A stretch of 64,000 bases of DNA from Oikopleura dioica. Taxonomy: Eukaryota > Animalia > Chordata. Made by a program: the position numbers and the translations under genes. This document shows positions 13,503 through 26,632 of this stretch, one piece after another. The first letter of the stretch is position 1, and every line of letters starts with the position of its first letter. The stretch spans positions 13,764,001 to 13,828,000 of the forward strand of contig OU015567.1 of NCBI GenBank assembly GCA_907165135.1. Reading direction: 5' to 3'. The notes beneath the pieces are model-generated. The model was given only the letters and a program-made list of their open reading frames with translations, searched no databases and was not told the DNA's origin.

Positions 13503-14792
13503 TTATCCGTAGTAGTCCTTGCCTCCGTATGAGCCGTAGTCACCACCTTCGTATACTGGTCCACCACCGTATGCACCGTAATCGCCAACAGCGAGGCATT
13601 TAGGATGGTCGTTCTTTTCTTTCAGTTGGCCGACAGCGAGTCGAGTAAACTGTTCATATCCACGATGGTTGTTCAGAACATTGGAGACGGCATTGGCATC
13701 AAGAGTCGATCCACCATCGCACATTGGAGAGCCGTTAGATGCCTGATACTGACCTCGGGAAGACCTGATGTTAAAGACGGAAACGTCGTTATCCGTCTGC
13801 GCGAGGAGCTTGTCAGAGTTGTCCAGAACGGCGTCGATGAAATCATCACCGGCCCAGTAATTGGCTGGTCCGCAAGCGGCATCACCGAAGCTGGCAGCTG
13901 CACCAAATCCGTTCTTCCAGTTGCCTGCTGAGTAAGTTCTGTTTTCGTAGTGGTGGAAGACAGTCCAGGCGTTTCCAGAAGAGCTGAACTCGCATTGAAC
14001 GGGCTTGGCACCAGCATTCGTGTTGACCATGTATACACCTGAAGAAACTCGAAGCTCAGATTGGTAGCCAGTCTCTTCGGTGAGATCTTCGACGATATCA
14101 GCGCAAGAGGAGCCAGATGGGACACCGAATCGGCATCGCTGAGTTCCGAAGCAAGGCGCTTGGTCGTAGCAAGAGTCGTAGGCATCACTGGCACGCTTAT
14201 TGAGCTCCATGTATCCTTGCTTGTCCTCTCGGGCGTTATCTCGGAGGGCCATGAGGCGGTCGTTGACGCTTTGAACTCGCTGGTAATCCTGCTGGAGTGT
14301 AGCGAGAAAGCGACTTTCTTGAGCCTCAAGCTCATTCCTGTTCTTTGAGATGTCGGTCATCAAGCCGTTGAACTCATCCATCTTGCCCTTGAGATCCTCG
14401 ACGATTTCGTCTCGTGCCGCACTGACTCGATCTTGGTAGTTTTTGTGCTCGGCCATGATGTTACCGCGAATTTTCGTGAACTTATCGGGAAGCTCATGAT
14501 CAAGGGTACAATGATTTGGGCAGAGATTCCAGTGGAGCGAGCATTGTCCGGGGTTTCGGTCAATAAGGGAGGTTCGCCCAACAAAGATATCAACCTGCTG
14601 GTGACCTTCCTTGAGGCTGACCTCCCATTGTCTCTCGATCTCGGTGATCTCTTCGCCGTGGTCGCTCTTTGAAGTGACTTTCTTGAGCTCGTCATACTTA
14701 GAAGTCCCCTCTCGCTCGAGTTTCTTCCAAGAGTTGCGGGTGGAACGGCTAGCGATAGCCGCCCCTATTAAAAATGTTGAAAACAGTCTCAT
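13503..14792 (-). CDS. Secreted fibrinogen-like protein (Cys ring, coiled coil, Cys ring, divergent FReD, Gly/Tyr-rich tail), single exon
   Basis: 429-aa ORF with signal-like MRLFSTFLIGAAIA. LCPNHCTL precedes a heptad-rich region and CYDQAPCFGTQRC follows it. FReD-like motifs SCADI, SGVYMV, VQCEF..GNAWTVF, WKNGFG and YWAG are present. Confidence 0.75.
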   Translation of the reverse strand: MRLFSTFLIGAAIASRSTRNSWKKLEREGTSKYDELKKVTSKSDHGEEITEIERQWEVSLKEGHQQVDIFVGRTSLIDRNPGQCSLHWNLCPNHCTLDHELPDKFTKIRGNIMAEHKNYQDRVSAARDEIVEDLKGKMDEFNGLMTDISKNRNELEAQESRFLATLQQDYQRVQSVNDRLMALRDNAREDKQGYMELNKRASDAYDSCYDQAPCFGTQRCRFGVPSGSSCADIVEDLTEETGYQSELRVSSGVYMVNTNAGAKPVQCEFSSSGNAWTVFHHYENRTYSAGNWKNGFGAAASFGDAACGPANYWAGDDFIDAVLDNSDKLLAQTDNDVSVFNIRSSRGQYQASNGSPMCDGGSTLDANAVSNVLNNHRGYEQFTRLAVGQLKEKNDHPKCLAVGDYGAYGGGPVYEGGDYGSYGGKDYYG

Positions 14793-15139
14793 TTCTAGTT
14801 CTTACTGAGACGATGCAAGTCGAGCACCCGGCTTTATGCATGGATATGTTGTTTATTAGTCGCAGGCAAATAAATACACAGAAGAATCTAGTGGTGAACT
14901 CAAACAGCAAGAGTTTTCTTTATGTTTGCCAAGTACTGGACTTGATCTGGTTTGGTAGTTTGTGAAGAATAGTAGAATAAAATGGCTAGTTATCGTCGGA
15001 AGTTCCCTTTGCTCCCCAATATTTTAGATCTTCCTCGACTTGTTTCAGATCTTCGACTCGTTTTTTGTGATCTTCCATCGATATTTGAACATGTCCTCTG
15101 CATAAACATAATAAAGAAACGTATGTTCACAAATAAATA

Positions 15140-15355
15140 TTACCTAAACGGATGATCCGGATCGAGTAAAAGCTCCTTCTGCGTATGCTGTTTCATCATA
15201 TAAACTATCACGAAGATCATAAAAATCAAAAAGTAAAACAATTTTTTTGTGCATCTGCCCATCGCATCAAGTGTAGAATTTAGTTCCTTGAAAGCAAGTG
15301 AAATCTTCGGCCGCATGCTCTGTACTTCTTCCGCTATCATGTTAACTGCCTCCAT
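15140..15355 (-). CDS. Small putative single-pass membrane protein, unknown function
   Basis: 71-aa ORF with an amphipathic N-part and hydrophobic LFYFLIFMIFVIVYMM; a TTTTTGTCAG acceptor lies just upstream. No family recognised. Confidence 0.3.
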   Translation of the reverse strand: MEAVNMIAEEVQSMRPKISLAFKELNSTLDAMGRCTKKLFYFLIFMIFVIVYMMKQHTQKELLLDPDHPFR

Positions 15356-16578
15356 TGCAAGTTATAATTCAATGAGTACTGACAAAAATGAAAAACCGAT
15401 AAACCCGAAATCTTACTTTAGCTTGTTGATAGCGGAAGAAGCCCGAGGCAGTGGCGCGCAAGTTCTATAATTCTAGCCGCAAGTAATTAATCCTCACGAA
15501 TATTTCGACCATAATGTACAGCTCAACGATACTTGATTCGAGACCTGAATTCTATTCAATTCAGTTATAGAAAATAGCAAATTTCAAATTACTGTAAGGG
15601 GTTCCAAAAGGTTTCGGAAGGCCTTTGCCTGGTGAAAAACCTTTGTATCTATCTTTGGAACTTTACCCCTAAACACTTGGTAACACCTTGGTAAACACTT
15701 CCAAGTAAGCTAAAAACCCACAATATTTATTGACAAAAGGAAAATTTTCCCACCTGTTACGATTTTTAGGATACCTCTAACTTGGAGGCTCTAAGTCAAA
15801 TATTGAACAGATGTCTTTGTTCCTTAAAGTCTTAGTAACAGAACACTATCCTGGACGGTCCATCAAGATCTATTACAGAGAGTGAGTGCTAAAGTGGCGA
15901 GATGACACAAATGATTTGTGTCAAATCCCAGATGTTTTTCGAGTACTTGATTTTCTCTGCTGTAATAACACGCCATAAAAATCATTGAAATCGAACTCCC
16001 TTCTCCTCGGTTTGATACCAGACGGCACTTGACGATGAAGCGGACATTGAAATCGAAAATTTGAAAGTGGGAGCATAAAATTGTCTTCCGGCAGAAGGTG
16101 CGACTGTGTAATTACAGAAATCAATAAACGGAAGGGCCGATTGATAATAATCAATAATTCTTTGAATCTCTCGACTCTTCATTTAGGATGTGGGGATGAC
16201 AAGAATAAGAAAAAATAATCTTATACTGCAAAATTCTTGAAAAAATTTTTTTGGAAATTTTATTAGAAAACAAAAACAGTACAGTGTAGCTTTCATTGAT
16301 AGTTTTAAAAGAATCCTTACTGCTGTTATTCTCTTCATAATACTACTGACTCGTGAATTTTCCGAGTCATCAACCAACATGGTTCAGAGTTTGACAGGCG
16401 ACTAACTAAATAATTACTCCTAAATCGTTCCGTATCGGAAAAGGCGGTCAGCGTGGTGCAGCTCGACTGGAGCTTTGAGATGGCGCTCTTCAAATAGATG
16501 GGTTCGAGAGCAATAACGGGAATATAAATTCCATCACAAATGCAACTATCTTCATCGAGACAAAGCAAAATTGCAAAT

Positions 16579-17575
16579 ATGAACATTGAGAACAACACTC
16601 AAGCAATAAATGCAACAGCTGATAGTGCTTGCGACAGTGGAATACAGTGGATTTTCCTTCTTTTCGGTGAGTGCGTTTCTTCGCCCACTGAGACCGTCGG
16701 CTTTTTCCTCGGAATCTTCTCAATTCTGTGCTGGTTCCTCGTCTACTTGCCTCAACTCTATGAGAACTACAAAAGAGGACGCTGCGATGATGCCCTGTCA
16801 ATTTGGTTTTTAATATTTTGGCTCTTTGGAGACACGTAAGCTTTTATTTCTAATTATCAACACATATCTCTGCTCATCGGTTCCCCCTTATGCGGCTTCA
16901 ATTAGTTATTGCTTTCATTTCTGTCAACTTATCAAAGATTTCAGTGCCAACTTAACAGGATGTCTACTAACGCATCAGTTCCCGATTCAAACTCTGACAG
17001 CGATCTACTACGTTATGATGGACGTAGGAATCATCGCTCAGTTTTTCTACTACACGCTCAAGAACCAAACCAACCATCCTTTGGATTGGCAATCTCTTTC
17101 GACAGCAGCCTTGGTTGTCGGTATTCCTTTGACAACACAACAGACATTTGGGACAGAAAAATTGACATTTAAGTCCACCGCCGAAGAGATTGGTTACCTC
17201 GTTGGACTGATGTCTACGTTGTTTTACCTGGGTTCTCGGCTGCCTCAAATTATCAAAAACTTCAAGCGGGGCAAAACTGAAGGCGTTCATCCTTTCACTT
17301 TCCTGCTCGCTGTGGTTGCAAACTTTGCTTACGCTGCTTCTGTTTTACTCAGCAAGGCAGAGGATGGCCACTCTTATAAGTACTTCGTCATGCAGCATTT
17401 ACCTTGGCTGCTTGGCTCACTTGGGACTGTCGCTCTTGACTTGACGATCCTGCTCCAATGTTTGTTTCTTGGAAAATCAGGAGACTCGATGATGAGCAAA
17501 ATGTCTTACGATGAACTAGATGATCTCTTGGATATCTACAGCGAGTACGAACCTCTTCTCAGACGACCCCAATAA
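16579..17575 (+). CDS. PQLC2: PQ-loop lysosomal cationic amino-acid transporter (PQLC2/SLC66A1-like), 2 exons
   Basis: Two PQ motifs (YLPQLYENYKRG, SRLPQIIKNFKRG), multiple TM helices and a C-terminal EYEPLL dileucine-type signal. Confidence 0.88.
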
Positions 17576-17745
17576 TTTAAAGTTACTGCTCTTCTTGTTT
17601 TCAACTCACCGAAAGTATACTGCGAACATTCCACTTTCCTCAACACAACTTTTAAAAAATACATGTATTGTGTTTATTTTCGAGGTTTCGATACACATTC
17701 GGGGTGGAAGTTGGAACAAGGAGAGTGGCAGTTTGTAAATAAAGT

Positions 17746-20700
17746 CTATTCCCACTCCGTTGTACCGGGCGGTTTTGAAGTCAAATCGTAAAGTAATCTA
17801 GTTATTCCGGGAACCTAGAAATAAACTGAGTCCAAAGACTACTTGTTGCTAGTACCTCGCAGAGTTCTTTTTGCATTTCGTTTACGCATTCTTCTGATAA
17901 ATCTTGTCCTGGGATTGCAGCTCGACCAGTCATAAAATCGGAAGAAATAAACGGCCTGAAAATTCTAAGACAGAGACAGAGTACAGAAACTACCTTATAA
18001 CGACTGAACGTTGACACGAGCCAACTTTGGTTGAATACGGCTCTCTATCAAAATGCAAAGGAAGCAGAACTACTGGCATCTGAGAAACGTTGTCTAATTG
18101 ATTGTGTTTCTTCATTATCGTATTTGCTCTATGATCACATTCTCTGAAGCAAAACATGAAGACTTGCAGAACAGAGTTCATCTTACCTCAATTGGCTAAG
18201 AGGATATTCAGAAAGAGTAGTTGGTGTTGTATCGTTCGGAAAGTGACTATCTCGTATGGGAGTTCCCATTAAATAACAAACTCTAGTCAAAAGTTTATTC
18301 CATGTCGAAAAGAGTGAGCTACAAACCTATTAATCGTGTGACAAATTCTCGGTATAATTTTCGCCAAAAACACTAGCTCAGTCCACATTGGAGGGCCAGA
18401 AATACAAGCAACTTGAGAATAGCTCCTGCAATCTCCTTGAACGCCTACTGATTTGATCGGAAGGATTGATGTGTAAAGTTTCGCATCTCTAATTTTGAAT
18501 TATTACTTCGATTTTAAAAAAGCTACTACAACCTTGTGAATTTCTCAAGGCGGTCATGCTCGGAAGACGAGAGTGATGATTTGATCTTTTCAAGCAGCGT
18601 GTGCGGTGTTTTCAAGCAGTGACTGTAATTCGACAGCATTTTTAATAAAGGAGCGGGGCCCTCATCTTCTTGAACGAGGAAATTATCAGCGCAGATGACT
18701 CGAATTGCCAGCCCAGGGCCGGGAAAAGGCTGGCGCTTGACAATCGACTCTGGTAGGCCGAGACGAGTTCCTAGTCTGCGGACCTCGTCTTTGTGAAAAT
18801 CGCGAAGGGGTTCAACAAGACGACCAGCATTTCTGTACTGTCGTGCCATTGGCGAGTCATTATGATGAGTCTAACAGTAAATTAAGATGGGAAAATGAAA
18901 GTCTTGTACCTTTATTACATCCGCATGAGAAGAAACAGTCGCACTAGCTGATTCAATCAAATCTGGCCTAAGTGTACCTTGAGCCAAGAAAACATCTGTA
19001 TTATCAATGCTCAAGTTTCTTCTGTTTGCTTCGATTTTGACAAGTTTAATGAAAGTATCTCCAATTATTTTTCTCTTTTGTTCGGGATCGATGGTTTTGC
19101 AGAGGATCTGGCTCGGTTCTTGGAGCAAATCTTCCGGCTTTGACCCGTAAATTTGACATGATGAGTTGTAAAACATTCGCTGCGCGTTGACAAGTTCTAC
19201 TGGCGTTCCAATGTCAGTCAAGCTCTACAAAACTTCATTGAGCAACGATAAAATAAGCAGGAAAATACCTTGATGACTTGCTCCGACTCGCCCTTGCGCA
19301 TAAATCCATTATCGATATGAAGACATTTCACTCTATCTTTTCCTATAGCCTTAAAACGGGATTTCCCTACGTGGTACAGATCCCTACCTGGTACAGATCC
19401 CTACCTGGTATAGATCCCTACCTGGTACAGAAATAAAAATGTACCAGGTAGGGATTTGTACCAGGTAGGGATCTGTACCAGGTAGGGAAATTCAAAATAG
19501 AAATTTTTTAAAATCGATAATCAACACATTAACCCAAAACATAATTCTACTCGACCCCCCATCGATAATAATTTTTTATTTCAAAAATGTTTCTTTCATT
19601 ATGTTTTCGTATAAACCCGAAATCCCTCTCTCCGACACTTATTTTAGTCGGTGTTTGGGAAAATCCGTGGTCGATTTGGTCAGTCGGGTCGGACTTTTGG
19701 TCGGTTCTGATCAGATCGGTGGTCCGTTTTATGCTCACAAAAACAGGGTCATTTATGCTCCAAAGGCCTTCTCTGAAATCGTTGAGCAAGGGGATCATTT
19801 TGGTGGGCTTATAAACTCTTTAAGACGTAATTTATTATAAAATTATTTGATTCTAGAAGAAAAAATGTGTCAGAAACTTTTGAAATGTGCACAATTATGG
19901 CACAATTGAAGAGACACAATCTTCAAAAAATCATTTTTATTATTATTTTACCTTCAATCTTAAAATATTCCGGACAGATTATAGGGGAAGCTCTACTATG
20001 CAATTTAACAATAAAAAGGAAAGCATTCCGTTTCACCTTCGAAAACACAGAAGGTTACGACAATGTCCGAATCTCCCTTGATGATCTTGCGAGCATAAGA
20101 ATAAGGAATATTGGCGAAAGTGATCTTTGCCTGGCGAAATTTCTTCTTCAAGTGGATCATTTGGCCATTGATTTGGTTGAAGAAGAGAGTGAAAAAAGTG
20201 GCATCTTGCTGATTCCAGCTGGAGCTTCTTTTACTGTGCCTTTCAAGCAAATCCAACAGTTGCTCAATGTCAATCCTGCTTCTTGCTGCAAAAATGCAAC
20301 TGATGATTCTGACAATAGCAGCAGCTATCGTGAGATAAGGCAGCAGCATCTTCAGCCGGTCAGATCTCTAGTTAGCCTTCGAAAATTGCCGAATTACTTT
20401 TTCGGGACTGTTGGGGCCGCTGAAGAGACCTGCCAAACTTGTTATGGAAATAGTATCTGCGATCCTGTGAAAAATACATGCGTTTGTGGAGGAGACAGAG
20501 ATTTTAAAGGCTACTGCTCGCCAAAGAAAATTTGTAAATGCCCGGTTGGAAGTTACTGTGGCTCTTCAGAAAGAGAATCAGAGAAATGCCATATAATTTG
20601 CAAAGAAGGCTTCAAACGGACCACCGATCTGATCAGAACCGACCAAAAGTCCGACCCGACTGACCAAATCGACCACGGATTTTCCCAAACACCGACTAAA

Positions 20701-21748
20701 ATAAGTGTCGGAGAGAGGGATTTCGGGTTTATACGAAAACATAATGAAAGAAACATTTTTGAAATAAAAAATTATTATCGATGGGGGGTCGAGTAGAATT
20801 ATGTTTTGGGTTAATGTGTTGATTATCGATTTTAAAAAATTTCTATTTTGAATTTCCCTACCTGGTACAGATCCCTACCTGGTACAAATCCCTACCTGGT
20901 ACATTTTTATTTCTGTACCAGGTAGGGATCTATACCAGGTAGGGATCTGTACCAGGTAGGGATCTGTACCACGTAGGGAAATCCCCCTTAAAACACAACG
21001 CAGCCAAGACGCAAGAATCGACGCCGCCAGAAACGAGCACTAGAATCTTTCCGTTTTCTCCAACTTGACTCCTAATTTCAGCGATACACTCTTCATCGCG
21101 AAACGATTCTGTAAATAAACGGGGCACTTGGGCAATGTCGAGGAAATTTGAAAAGATCTCTTTTCCGAATTTTGTCAGATCAACTTCTGGGTGAAACTGA
21201 ACACCGAATATCTTTCTGGTGGGATCGGCGATCGCGGCTACGATGTCTCCGCTTTTGGCAATTGTCTCGAAGCCATCAGCTACTTTGGTTATTGAATCTC
21301 CGTGCGTCAACAAGACTTCCTGCGTTTCCGGCAGGCCTTTGAACAACTCTGATGCCGTGTTGACAACTGTGATCGGAAAAACGCCGTCTTCTCTTTTCTC
21401 AAGCGCGACGACTTTGCCTCCATTGACGTGATTGATGAATTGCATGCCCCAGCAGATTCCAAGCACGGGAATGTTCATATTTAAAATCTCTGCGCTCAAC
21501 TTTGGCGCATTTTCGTCAGTAACTGAGCTCGGTCCTCCAGAAATAATAATCGCGCTAAACGTTTTCAGAACAGCGATTTCTGTTGCCGGAGAAAGTATTT
21601 CGCTACGAACTACAATTGACAAGTTCAGATAACTCAAAAAAAAAACAAAAGGCAAACCTTGTAGCTCACGAATTCGTCTGTCAATAACTTTTGTATACTG
21701 GCCGCCAGCGTCAATTATACACACGCATGGTATACTTTCCTCCCTCAT
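17746..21748 (-). CDS. GMPS: GMP synthase (glutamine-hydrolysing), multi-exon, with a 1637-bp insertion in a coding exon
   Basis: GATase motifs [15 protein letters not shown] and GVQFHPEV. Synthase motifs [28 protein letters not shown] and [14 protein letters not shown]-terminus [14 protein letters not shown]. All exons translate openly apart from the insertion. Confidence 0.97.
19365..19487. repeat. 17-bp subterminal repeat array in left TIR (mirrored at 20856-20978)
   Basis: Unit CCCTACCTGGTACAGAT: 4 direct copies, a spacer AAATAAAAAT, then 3 inverted copies. Confidence 0.9.
19867..20796 (+). other. Chimeric ORF inside the MULE: host-like fragment with a Cys-rich EGF-like segment reading into the right TIR
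   Basis: 309-codon frame containing [43 protein letters not shown]...C...C. The last about 60 aa (KRTTDLIRT...WGVE) are encoded by TIR sequence. Confidence 0.6.
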
Positions 21749-21825
21749 TCTAGTACACTAAAATTAAAGATTTTAAGAATTTATTCAGTTTTTTTGTCTT
21801 TTTTATTATTTTATAAAAAAAGTGT

Positions 21826-22324
21826 TCACAGAAGAAGATCTTCATTCCACTCTGACTGGTCGAACGGACCGAAGCCATCGTTAAGAAGTACAAAGTCACG
21901 TGCACAGTTATCAGAATCGTTGCAGCACTGGCGACAGACAGATGGTGCTTTTTTCCACCAGGGCTCAGGTCGGCATTGGTGATTTCGCCATCGTCCTCTC
22001 GCGTTTTGCTTCTTGTTATCCAGGCATGCTCGTCTTGATTTACAGCCCATGCAGATCTATAACAGTTTAAGCGTTATATTCTCAATGATTGTGGCCAAAA
22101 ACCTGTTCAAGCTCTCCTTCTCTCTTTCGCACTTCAATCATGCACACATCATTCTCTCCTAAGCACGGCTTCATCTCCCCGATCATATCGCATTGTGTCA
22201 TATTTACAGCATCACAGTGCCAGCATGAAACCTCTCGGAACTCTCCCGTTGTCGTATCAGGCACACTTGCTGTTGGGGCGTATTGCCCTTGAATAATAAC
22301 TACCACCAACGAGAAAATTTTCAT
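21826..22324 (-). CDS. Small secreted Cys-rich protein, LU (Ly6/uPAR, three-finger)-like, 2 exons
   Basis: Signal-like MKIFSLVVVIIQG, then SCWHCD..C..C..CMIE..ICMGC..C..C..CRQCCNDSDNC. ORFs 22082-22324 and 21826-22050 join across a GT-AG intron. Confidence 0.6.
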
Positions 22325-22685
22325 TTTTTCTCTCTTTTTTCAAAAATCGACAAAAAGAAAAACTTTTGTCAATGAAAATTGATTTTTTAGCAAAATCGAA
22401 AAGGTCGGTGTATAATTCCGTAATGATGAAAAATTGAAGACATTTAAACGTTTATTCAACACACCTTTGGCCATTTACAGATATTTGAGCAACTGAAAGT
22501 ATATCGTGGCGATATGCACAGAAAATAAGAGCAACATTCGTTGGAAATTAATGGAGAGCGGAGTTTGAACATTTAGGAATCGTAAATTATAAAATACGTA
22601 TTAAATAAAACGGGCTTGAGGAAAAGGAAGAATTGAAGATAAAAGAGAAAATGGTAAAATTTTAAATTGTAAAGGTAAGGAAGTA

Positions 22686-25265
<2,580 letters not shown>

Positions 25266-26632
25266 TCGTTGTCAGATAGACATGCTGAAATTTATCACAC
25301 GTCATTTATCACTGTAATTATCAAGAAATAAAGCTCAGCAGAAATCTCATGCAAAATAAAAACATCAAAAAACTCAAAAAATTACCAAAAATGCACGTCT
25401 TTTAATAAGCCTGTCAAAATGGAGGTTAGATGAGTTCGATATAACAGTCTTTACCAACAGAAAGTGACGCTAAATAAATAATCTTATGGAAGGGTCTCTT
25501 GAAGCTCAAAGAGTTGAGGGGATATTATTGGCGCGCGCTCAGTGACGCAGCTTGACGCAGCGCGCTCTTTTATCGAAAAAGAAAGTCATTTATTCAGTTC
25601 TTTATCAGTAGCTGCATTTACTTTTTATATAGTAGGGTGGAGAGAGTTGTGCTGATCTGAGAAGTAACGAAAAGAATTCTTAGGTAAATTTCGAATTGGT
25701 CTTTTTAAAAAACCATAACCCACCCTCTCTTCTATTGAATTGATTTTGAGCGATAATATGTTATTATAAAATAACTACAAGTTAATCCAGGTGTCAGTGA
25801 AAGAATTTATGCTTATTTCCAAGTTGTTTTATTTCAAGTCAAGTTGATTTTTAGTGAAAAACTTTTATTTGAAAGAAGTTAGAAGGTCTATTTCGAAGCG
25901 AAACAAATGATATAATTACCGAGTAAGATGATTTTAAAAAAAATTTCGCGGGCCCGGAAATCGTCAAAAAACTTTTTGTCTAGTTTTGTAGAGCTCGTCG
26001 AGACGAGTTGAATGATATATAAAACTCCAGATAATTTTAGGATTTTCCGCCAGAAAAAGTGATAAGAAGGTGTCTTATCAAAAATTTTCTGACCAGCGCC
26101 GTTTTTGTTCTAGAAAAGCTGAGGTGATGATTGACCCCGGAAAATGATCCTCATGGTCTGTTCTATTCCGGCAAAAAATTTCAGCTCGTCCTCACATATC
26201 CTGCTGTGCTTATCAGCGAAAAATCAAAAAATTAGTGCATTTTGTTGTCGCTGCACGTTCCTAGTTTCCGGCCCATTTACAGTCCCATTTTCCTTGGAAA
26301 ATGAAATTTAACGATAAACTCGGCTGGGTATATGATGACGAGCTGAAATTTTTTGCCGGAATAGAACAGACCATGAGGATCATTTTCCGGGGTCAATCAT
26401 CACCTCAGCTTTTCTAGAACAAAAACGGCGCTGGTCAGAAAATTTTTGATAAGACACCTTCTTATCGCTTTTTTTGGCGGAAAATCTTAAAACTATCTGG
26501 AGTTTTATACAGTGAAAACTCAAAAATTGCCTACTCAAAATTTGGCCGCTTTTTGTCAAAATCCGCCTTTTTTGGAACCTGAAATCAACTCAAAATTTGG
26601 CCGGTTTTTTTTTCCAAACTAAATTTATTTCA

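Larger units (their letters stand above)
19358..20985. mobile_element. Non-autonomous Mutator-like (Pack-MULE-type) element
   Basis: TIRs 19358-19729 and 20614-20985 (372 bp) were identical wherever compared, and the ORF track gives identical peptides from both. 9-bp TSD CCTTAAAAC at 19349-19357 and 20986-20994. No transposase inside. Confidence 0.92.

Noticed and set aside
13605-14808. Several long overlapping ORFs on both strands of the fibrinogen-like gene
   Set aside because: They are shadow frames produced by biased codon usage, with no recognisable domains.
15921-16598. Short minus-strand ORFs between the small TM ORF and PQLC2
   Set aside because: They could not be assembled into an open spliced frame, and no family was recognised.
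19365-19487. CRISPR-like appearance of the 17-bp repeats
   Set aside because: The repeats are head-to-tail with no unique spacers, partly inverted, and lie within transposon TIRs in a eukaryotic context.
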